From: Euprymna scolopes
Lineage: Eukaryota
Length of the DNA: 64,000 bases
Assembly: GCA_053919585.1 (NCBI GenBank)
Contig: CM132790.1
Reading direction: 5' to 3' (one strand)
The notes below the pieces were generated by a model. That model was given only the letters and a program-made list of their open reading frames with translations, was not told the DNA's origin and made no database searches. A program made the translations under genes and the position numbers. Shown here piece after piece: positions 44,130-55,400 of this stretch (its first letter is position 1; every line of letters begins with the position of its first letter).

Positions 44130-46832
44130 GGTAGTCGGTAAGGGGAGAGGTCTGGAAAGTATGGCGGATGAGGCACGGTTTCGTGGCCCAATTCCCTCAA
44201 CTTCTGCAGGGTCGATTTACATTGTCGTGGATTAAAATTGGGAATGTTAATTTTAACTAATGCTGGGTGTTGCCGAAGTTTCTGATGCATTTCATCCATT
44301 TTTTTGACAGTACTTCTCCGCCGAAATAGTTTCGCCTGCATTAAAAAAAAATGTAATGGATGAAACTTGTCGCACACCACCAAGCAGACAGTATGACCTT
44401 TTAGTGCAATTCTGGCTCCAGGAAGTGTTCTGGAGCTTCGTCAGCGTCTAAACACTGAACTGAGCGTCGCCGGTTTTCGTAGAAAACACACTTTTCTGCA
44501 AGTCACAACCTGGCCGAGAAAAGGGTAAATTTTGCCACTTCGTAACAGTGTTTCTTTTTGTTTCCGTTCAATTCGTGAGGTAATTATTTATCAAGATATT
44601 TTCTTTCTCATCTCTCACAAGTGGTTGAAAATTGTCGCAAACGTTACGTCTAATTCAAAAGCAAGTTCTCGAACAGTTGTGTGTTGATTGGCTACGACTA
44701 AGGCTCTTAATTGATCATTGTCAGCACCCGGTGGCCGGTAACTACGCTTATCATCTTCAAGACTCTCGCTCCGCCACGAAATTTCTTAAACCACCATTGT
44801 GCTGTGCGTCCAGTAGTTGTTCCTGAACAAAACGCTTCGTTGATATCGCGAGCTGTTTCAGCAGTTTCTGGCCTAGCTTGAATTGAAATAAGAAAATTCT
44901 GCGGATTTGCCTTTTTTCCATCTCATATTCAACGTTCTGCAACGAAGACAATTGTTTTAAAACGACTGTAATTTAAACTAACAGATAGAGTGAAAAACGC
45001 TCTTTAAAATGATATGTAAAGTAAAGGTATTATTACGAAATCTTATTTATAAATACATCATTTGAAATCAAAATAAAATACGTAATGTTTACTTTGCCCA
45101 AAATAAATAATTAGAGAGATTTTTTTTTATCGGCGGTTAAAACAAAAATCATTTTTCGTATTTCATTTTTTTTTTTTAAATCAGCTGTTAATTTAACGAA
45201 GGATTGGTATGAATATTACATACATAAATCTAAAATATATTAAAAAAAAATCGTAACTACTAAAAATCTTTTCTCGATAACATGCTACTATCCCGAATTC
45301 GTAGCATTAAGCTTACATAAGATTTTTTATTCGAACTGACAAAAATTATTAAATAAAAGAAAAAATCATTTAGCAACTGTAGTAAAACGCAATTGCATTT
45401 GCTATTTTTATATGGCCCGACCAACGCCGGGTAGCCCTGCTAGTCTTAAATAAAAGACACTGCCTTTATTCGAAATCACAAAACTAGTATAGCATCATGC
45501 AAGTGGAAAAAACGAAAAGTTGTCTTTGGAAATCCACGATAAATATACTCTAGTGAAAATGTATATAAGTATTGAAATTAAAACGCTGATCATGAAATCC
45601 TGATTTTGACTGTTTGAATAGCCCATTATAAAATTATAAAATCTAAATAATTAATATAAGTGAACAAACATATGAAACGTGGAGGAATAAACAAATAATA
45701 TAAATCAAATGAAAAAAGTAATTACGTGGTGTGGTGGCTGTAGTTACTGCGGGTGTGGTAGTTGTAATTCCTGCTGGTGTGGTAACTGTAGTTACTGCAG
45801 GTAGTGCAGTAGTCACAGGAGAAACGGGCGTTGTAATAGCTGGAGTAACGGTTGTTGTGATAGCTGGCGTAGTTACAGCTGGAGGAACAGTTGTCGCTAC
45901 AGCTACAAGAATAAAAACAAAGATTTTTCGCAGATGAATACGATAGCAGCATAGTAAATGTTTACATTAATTTTTTATACTTGTATAGAAGGTATGACTA
46001 ACATTTTCATTTAAAACCGAAATTGGTTCATAATATGCATTCATTAGGCGATAATGAATTGTTTTTATTTATGCATAAACCAAATGATATAAATAAAATT
46101 ACATTTCTCTGGTGATTTTCGTAGCTTTGAGGCATGAAAATATTTTTGTAAGGATTAGTTTAGTTTCAGAATGATTTATATTAGCTGAACATCATTGAAA
46201 TAGACGAATGAATGAAATAGATGGCAAAAAATAAACTGTTAAATGTTTTTGACTCCTAATAGGAGGTATGACACCAATGATTTCGACGATCGTTTTTATA
46301 ACCACACGTTATAATAACCAACCAATGAAAAGCTTCTAAAGTTACTATAAAAATTGTCGAATTTTGGATTCAATCAGTTCGCCGTCGTCTCGTCACGAAC
46401 CTGCATTTGATTCTTCGCCGCCATCTTTGTTACTGGGAATTACTTAAAACTCAAGATCGGAACTGCACTGAATCTTCGCCGCCATCTTTGTTACTAGGAA
46501 TTACGTAACACTCAGGATCGAAACTGCACTGATTCTTCATCGTCATCTTTATTACTAGGAATTATTTAACACTCAAGATCGGAACTGCCTTGAATCTTCG
46601 CGGCCATCTTTGTTACTAGGAATTACCTAACACTCAAGATCGGAACTGCACTAATTCTTCACCGCCATTTTTGTTCAACATAATGTCTCAACACTTAACA
46701 TAGACTACTTTCACGCTGTACTGAACATTATCAACAAGTAATGTGTAATTGTGAATAACTGAGAGTCGCAAATTGAATTTTGATTTGAGCTTGGTTGCAC
46801 ATTTTAAAACCGAAGGTAGACAACTTTTATGA

Positions 46833-46870
<38 letters not shown>

Positions 46871-49800
46871 TACATAAAAGGAACTTTGTCTCTGTGTGTA
46901 TGTGTGTGTGCGTGTTAATTTGTTTCCTATGGATTCGAAAACGACTGAGCTGATTTAAAAAGGATTTAATTACATTATGTATTCTTCCAGTGATGTCATA
47001 TGATCTAATTTTCCTTAGAAGACCATTATTCCATATCCTGTCAAAAGCCTTAGATATATCGAAAGCTACCGATATACCCTCCCCTGTTTTGTCCAGTGAA
47101 CGGTATATACGTTCAGAGATTACAGTTAGGATATCTGCTGTGGAACGGGCTTGCCTAAATCCATATTAATAGTCGGCCAGGAGTTTAGCAGCTGTAAGGT
47201 GATGGACTAGAGCTTGATTAATTAAGGACTCAAATATTTGGGCGAAAAGCGGGAGAAGGATAATGGGGTGATAATTTAATGGGTCAGTTCTTTCGCCAGA
47301 ATTCTTGAAAACTGATACCACAGAAGCGGTTTTCCAGCAGTCAGGGAAGCAAGATTCGTTGAGGCATTTGTTGTAAAATTTGGAGAAAACTGGAGCAACC
47401 TCAGCGGAGCATTTTTTTAATAGCACAGTCGAGATCGGATCCACATGCTTTTGAGGTGTCTAGGGTTTTTACGATACCGTTTACATGAGAAGGGGTGATT
47501 TTCAAAGGAAAATCAGGGAGGAAGTGGTGTGCCGGGTCCAATATGGGGTTAGAGGCAAACCGACTGGCTAGCATGTTAGCCTTCTCGGTTGCCGTGCAAA
47601 CAACCTCATGATTGTTTGATAGTAGGATTCCTAATTTCTGTGCTTCGATGCGTTTTCTGATGGTTCCAGTGTATTCTATTTTAGCTGTCGCCATTTCTCT
47701 CTTACAAGTACTTCTAGATTCTATATACTTCTGTCTGTTTGAAGTGGACTTATGTCGGTGGAATTTGCGGTACGCATGTTGCCTTTGAGCAATGGCAGCT
47801 GCACAAGTAGAAGTAAACCATTGGGGAGAGTGGGGCTTGTTATAGAATTTCCGTGTGGGAACATATGCTTCAATTGCAATTTTAAACCATTCAGTGGTCT
47901 CATTTGTGCACTGTTCAGCTGGAAGAGAAAAGATATTTCCGATGGGGCATCTCTAATGAGATCCCTGATGGCTTCCCAGTCAGCCTTTTTGTAATATCTT
48001 GTTGTTCTGAGCAGTTTGTCTTCAGTTTTGTGTCGAGAATTTAGGGCGATTTCTACCATTATCACAGCGTGATCAGCATTTCCAAGTGGGCTGTGGGTAT
48101 TCGTTGTAAAATCATCGGGGACTGTAGTCAGAAATAGATCTAGAAGTGAGGCGTGTTGTTCTTGCTGGTCTGGGAAACGTGTCGGAAATGTAACCGCCTG
48201 TGATAGGGAATGAGATATAAAGAGGCTATGTGTTGTCCTACCAGCTGCATCTGTTTAATTTGAGAAATCAAGCCAGTTACTGTGGTGGACATTGAAATAC
48301 ATGTACTTGTGCGCTAGTATCGAGATGGAGATATATATCTATGCTGTCAGAGACTTTGTTTATTAGGGTACAGTCTTGGGTTGAGGGAGAGCGGTAGAGA
48401 AAATACAATTAGCTAATATTATGTTGCATAGTCTGCAGTACATAACGGCCTGGTCGTCTGATTCTAGTTTAGTTTCTCTAGTTAGGGGGAGGGTGTTACG
48501 AATATAGCCTCCAATCCTGTGCATATGTCTGTCTGAGTCCTTACGGCAGAGTGGGAGATAACCAGGCATGTTAAAATGGTTATAGGGAATGGAGGAGTGT
48601 AAGTTAGTTTCACTTAATGCTAAGATATCCGTGGTGTTTACTAGGAGAAATGATTCAACGACATCTAAGTAAGTTCTAAGCCCGCGGATATTCCTAAATG
48701 CTGGCCTTAAGGAAGGAGGCAGGTTGTTTTTTTTTCTTAGTTTGGTCCTGGTTTAAACGTAACTTTTGATTGAACAGTCATTTCATTTTATTTAATTAAA
48801 AAGTTTTAGTTAGGGTGAGTGATGGGTCCTGGAGGAGTGGTTGTGCAGAACATCAGACGTGCAATACAAGTAGACCAGATAACAGAGATTCGACGAAAAA
48901 ATAATTACGTGGTGTGGTAGCCGTAGTTACAACTGGTAGTGGAGTAGTTACAGGAGTAACAACCGTCGTAACAGTTGGAGTAACAGTTGTTGTGATAGCT
49001 GGAGTAGTGACAGCTGTGGAAACAGTTGTCGCTGCAGCTACAAAAAAAAGTAAATGAATTTATACAGATAATGTTGTATCGTTTGGTAACAACAGTAAAT
49101 ATTTATATTGATTTTTATAAATTATGTAAAAGAGAAAATATATTTTACGTTTTAATTTTAAAAACGAAATTGGTTTATACTTGAAATACATTAGAAAATA
49201 ATGAATTACTATACATTTTGATTATAACGACAAAGTGTTAATTTGACGCCGAATCGGCCACACGCCGAATCAGCTACACCGGATCGCCTACGCTAAAACG
49301 TACCAAACCCGTTTTTAGAGTAGCTTGAATTCTAAAACGAACTATAGAAGAATATGCTTTATGAGCAAACTCACTGTACATACCAGGAGTTTCCACGGAT
49401 GAAGGAAAGTCATTTCGATTTCCAAATTGTATTTTAAAATTTAAGGTAGACAACTCCCATTATTCTACGAAATTATCACTGTCGCCGCTTTTCATTTGTT
49501 AACAGATAAAAAAGTTTTATATTAGAGACGGCCTTTACCAGAATAATTAAGTGTCTAACTTATTTATACATGTGCTATGAAAATCGCAATAAAATGGTAC
49601 AGCAATAGTAAGAAATAAAAATATATTAACCATATTATGTTTGACTTGACAAATCGTAAAAATTAATTGACTATGTTAGATTAAAAACTAATTAACACTT
49701 ACTTGTTGATTTGATACATATTTTAGTGGAGATTTTCACTTCAACAGGTTTTGTTGGATCTTCAGGTGTAATTGTAATTCTAATAACCGTGGCATCTGTG

Positions 49801-51057
49801 TCAGGTGGGATGTTGACAGGATTATCTGGTGAAGATTTAACTTTAGTGGGTGTGGATGGTAAAATTTCTACTGGGGTAGTTGTTGTGCCTATAGCACCTC
49901 CAGCTGGTGTTGTTGCTGCGCCTGGACCACCTGTCTCTGGACTAGCTCCACCTCCCGCTTCAGGTATACGTCCAGGCGACACAGTTGTCGTTGTCGTCTG
50001 TTTCAAAACAAAATGATATACTTTTAATTGCTGTCAAAATCAAATAATAGTTATGCATTCGATTTAACAACAAAAACTACTTATATTTATTATTGTCTTT
50101 GCAATACAGTAGGGATTTATATTAACAAATATTAATTTATAAAAGACTATAACATACGTATCGATCGATGCCTTTGTTCAATCTTAGGAGAAAATGGACA
50201 CCCCGTAAGGGTAGCTGCGCGTGTAATTGTGAGGAAAAATTTCAATCATACCTTCCCTGAATCGGCACTATTTGAGTCCAGTGATAAGGAGCGGACCAAG
50301 ACTTATTGGAAAAAAAAAATGAAAGATTAGCGGAGGGCACATACAGTACTCGGACTTTCAAAATGGTCACCCATTTAACTACTGAACAGGCTTAACGTTG
50401 CTTGACTTCGTTGATCTGATAGGAACTGTCGTGTCAACGCAATTATCCCGTGTACAACATGAGTATAGAACTTAAAAATATCGATAGCAACGTGTAGGTG
50501 TTTTAAAACATAATGTTGTATCATACAATTAAATAAGCATACGCCATTTACAAAGTTAAGATAAATATAAAAAACTCCGCATGTATTCATTTATGCATTT
50601 AGATTAGGCATGCACAAATATAACAATAATCATAAAGTTAAAAATAACAACATTGCGCATGTTGAAAGTTACTAAGAAACAAAGAATTGTCCAACATTAC
50701 TGCAATGTTTAACATATATTCATTAATTACTTATTTATTTAATGGTTCTATTCGCTGTAAAGAAAAATCTGGAGTCTTTCTTTAGAAACAATGCACTAAT
50801 AACAAGTCTCAAACTCCGACTCTTTCACCCCCTCTCTAAGCTATCTAAAATTCGATTTACCGTCTTCCTCCAGCCGTCATTCTTATAAGTAGTTGGTTTC
50901 CGCATAAGCAAATTAGCTTTACGTATAGACATATGATACAACGAATGTAATTTAGTTTTTCTTCCTCTGTAAAATAGGTGCTTGACACGTGAAGTATCGT
51001 ACATGCTTTGAAGCTAGTAAGTTTTCGTTTTCGTATTCTTTGTCATATTAAGCGATA

Positions 51058-51124
<67 letters not shown>

Positions 51125-51440
51125 TTATCTACTGTATCGAATGTTTCTATTTGGCATTCGTCCATAAGTTGCATAAAATGGGTCTTTAGTTTAAATAACA
51201 TTTTATTTTTGGACATTTTTAAAACATATTTTTTATGTCAAATTCAAACGCATCTCATAAATGGCGTCATTTTTGTTATTAAAGAAACATCAATCTATGT
51301 GTTTACTGCTTAATTTTGCATTTTGAATTTTGTCAAAACCCGGTGTGTTATTTTTGTAAAAAAATTATTTAATATATAATGTTTTTATTGTCCTTCGTAA
51401 TAAATAAAAACAAATAATAGCGTATAATGTTTTAAATTCT

Positions 51441-51498
<58 letters not shown>

Positions 51499-52196
51499 CA
51501 ACAACAACAACAACAACAACAAAGCAAATACACAGAGCTAGCCAGAGAGTTAAAAGGGATTTGGATGATGAAGAAAATCAAAATAGTACCGATAATAGTA
51601 GGAGCACTAGGAATAATTCCGAAAAACTTCGAAAAGAGAATGTCAGAAATTGGAATCAGAGGAATAACTGCAAAAGTACAACGACTAACGATAATGAAAA
51701 CGACTGGAGTATTAAGGAAAACCTTTGAATGCGGAGAATAATATAAGACAATATAACGAATAAGCGTTACAGGGAATGAAGAACACCGAAACTGCATATC
51801 TACAAGTTCTACACCCGCCCCCAACATGCATCCCCCATTGTTTCATCACCGCCCCCCCCCAATAAAAAGTGATACCAAAGGGCTGAGATGGGTCAATAAG
51901 GACTGAAAGACCAAGGAGCGAGCGCCAACCAGACCTCAGCTGGACAAGCGCAAAGAGAACTGGGACCTTGGGGAGGCTGAGTGCCACTCAAATTCCAGTA
52001 TAAACCAATGGCTACTACCAGCGAGAAATCAATGGTAAGCGGCTGTTGCGATCATGCACATTCATTTGCAAATGCTATTGAAGGAGGTGGAGAGAGCTGG
52101 ACGTCTGAGGAGACTTGTTGTCACTCAGCTTCCTGAGAACACCACAAGTTTCCAATCAGATCGTTTGTTGACTTGTGTGAAAGCTCCATGTGAGCC

Positions 52197-52256
<60 letters not shown>

Positions 52257-52428
52257 CAATGGCAAGCAGCTGTTGCGATAATGCAAATTTATTTGCGAAT
52301 GTTTATGAAAGTGGTGGAGACTACTAAAAAACCTGGGGAGACTTGTTGTCACTCAGCTTCCAGGAAACACCACAGGCTGTTTTCAGGGAAAGATCTCTGA
52401 AAACCTGCGTGAAAGCTCCTTGTGAGCC

Positions 52429-52477
<49 letters not shown>

Positions 52478-55400
52478 GCCTTTTTAACGATTTTGTAAAG
52501 CAATAATAAAGAAATCAAACCTACCGTTTTTTATTTATTTATTCAATTTTCACACCAAACAAAGCACAGTGCCACTTTGAAGTAGGGGGCTACTATCAAG
52601 TACATTAGCTGCAGAGGCATTATAAAGGGAGATGAGCAGCAAGCTGTCAGTTCACATTACACTTGAACTTCTGCATGTTAGTACAGTTGGGAAAGCAGAA
52701 TCCCGGAAGGGAGTTCCAAAGTGTAGCAGTTCTGGGGAAGAAACTATTGAAGTAGAAAGCTTTCTTACACCTAGGGATTTCTACTGCATAGGGGTGGGAT
52801 TTAGCTGCTTGTTGGGTTTGTCGGAGGTATTTGTTTCGAGGTGGTACAAGTGCTTGTAGTTCGTCAGACCATTTACCATTAAAATACTTGTAGAAAAGGC
52901 AGACGGATGAAAAATTCACATTTCATTCTTTGGGGTAATGTAGGGGTTAATTATTATTAATAATAATTTCAATTTCGTGTAATTTATTCTAATTTTTTGT
53001 TATACACAGTTTCTTCTTGCAATGAGCGAATGAATTGAAAAATACATTTATTTGGCAAATTTGCCGTGTAAGTACTTATACTCAATGAATATGATATACG
53101 TTACAAAGGGTACCTTGTGCAATAAAAGCATTTCAAATTACTTGATTATGCTAAAAAGATACATAGACAACCGAGTTGTAGTAAATGCGGCCTATATAAT
53201 CGGATATATAAATTTACCTGAGTGGGTTTGAGAAATTCGACAACGTATTCTTTGACGTTCTTTGGATTGACGAGTGTAAGTACACCACCAGATTTGATAT
53301 CTTCTCCAATAGTAAGTGTTGCAACTCTGTCGTTTGGTGTAGTTGTTATCCATCCAGGACCAGTGGGTCTGACATCTCCGGGATTTCCTGTTGGATTGGG
53401 CTCGAGTGTAATAGCATCATCCGGCAATAATGTATCATCTTCCATGTTTTCCACAAGTGGACACGTTGCTACAGGGAAAAAATTAGAACATGAAGTTAAA
53501 ATTAATAATAAAAAAACAACTGGCCTTTCAATTTACAAGATACGCAATTAATTTCCAGATTTCCAAGGCTACCTCTTAACGCCGTCTTTATTCGAAATCG
53601 CACAAACTAGTCCGATGTTACGTAAGTGCAAATAAAAGAAGATATTATATATATTTCAATTTTCTTATCAGTTTCTTCAAGCTGGGAATTGGGAATCCTA
53701 CCGGATGCCAAACGTTCACCCGCTATCTTATATATTCCAACCTATGGATTATTTTAAGCTTCTGACCTTGCAATAGTTTAAATCTCTTTTACACTTTATA
53801 TTTGCCGGGTAGTTTTTGAAATCCTTTCTCATGAGTCCAGCTCCTTCTATAATTAATGGAATAATAGAGATCTTCCTAAAATTCCAGTTTCCTTTTATGT
53901 CATCCATAAGACTTTGGTATTTCGTTATATTTTCCCTATTAAGTGAAAATGTATATACGTAATGAAATGGAAACGCAGATGTAAGAGCTGATGAAATTTA
54001 GATATTTAAGCATTTAGAATACGATTAGAACACTATAGAAGTCAAATAATAAGTAGCATTGAGTAAACGTATAAAAAATACAAAATATACTTTGCAAATG
54101 ATACAGTTACAAAAGGTACAAAAAAGTTACAGTTACAAAAAAGGCACAAAAAGTTTACAAAAAGCAGAAAGGTACACAATGGTTACAAAAGGTATAAAAA
54201 GCAGTACAGTTACAAAAAGGTACAAAATAATTATATTTTTCAAATAATACAGTTCAGATGAAAAGAGTAATTACGTGGTTGGATTGTTGTAGTTACAGTT
54301 GGCAAAGGTGTGGTTACAGGAGTAACGGTCGTTGTAACTGCAGGTGTAATCGTTGTGATAGCCGTAGTAGTCGTACCCGGTGGAACAGTTGTTGACACAG
54401 CTGCAATAAGAATGAAGAAAATGTGCAATTTGTAAAGATTTTTTTAGGATAGGATAGCAACAAAGTAAATGTAAAGGTAAAAATCTTTGCATAACATTTT
54501 CACGTTTTATTACGAACTGTCTATGGTCAATATGATTTGTTGCATCGCAAAATGAGGCCAAAAAAATTATTTGCGTTTAAAAAAAAATAATAATTTTACT
54601 CAGCCTTGAATATTTACGTCGAAGGTAACAAAACAACGATCGATGACAAAAACAAGGCTTTGAAATAAATTAGATTTACTTAAATTACAAATGAAATAAA
54701 TAATATCACGAAAGAAACAGATTTTTTAGTGTAAAATAGATGAGGCCGTGTAAGCGTAATTTTTCATTGTAATGAAAAATAAAACCTAGCTCGACTGGCG
54801 TAGAGTTCGTTTCCTTTTATCTTTTTTTTCCCCTATATCTGGTATGAATCTCTTTTGTTCTTCTCCCTTTGATTTTATACACACTTTTTATCTGCGTCAC
54901 GTCTTTTATTTTCTCGGCGTGAATTATCGCATAAAAGGAGTTCCATTCCTCTTCAGATCGCTTTTTGCATTTCCCTACCTGAAAATAAATACGAGGGGCG
55001 TGCAATAAGTAATTCCCTTAACCCACTTCCAGTTGTCTGATTTAGCTGAAATTTTGCATGTGCAATGATTTATATCTCTACGGGTTATGGGGCAAATCAC
55101 AGCTCTGAACTAATTGTGGTTTCTGTTTTACAGGTATTTAAACTGAGTCAGGTGTGAAATGGAACCTGTTGAATGTCGAGCAGTGATCCGTTTTTTTTTA
55201 TTTGAAAGGACGCACACCACGTGAGACTTTTGATGAAATGAAAGAAACTTATGGTGATAATGTCCCATCATATGACCTTGTAAAACGCTGGCATCGTGAT
55301 CAGAAGCACGGGCGTGTGGTTATGAAATAATCCCATCCTCCCTACTCTCCTGACCTTGCACCTTCTGACTTTCACCTCTTCCCAGTCATGAAGTTGTTTT

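Noticed and set aside
50340-50455. Functional 5S rRNA gene
   Set aside because: It has too many substitutions in conserved positions and stems, and it is a solitary intronic copy.
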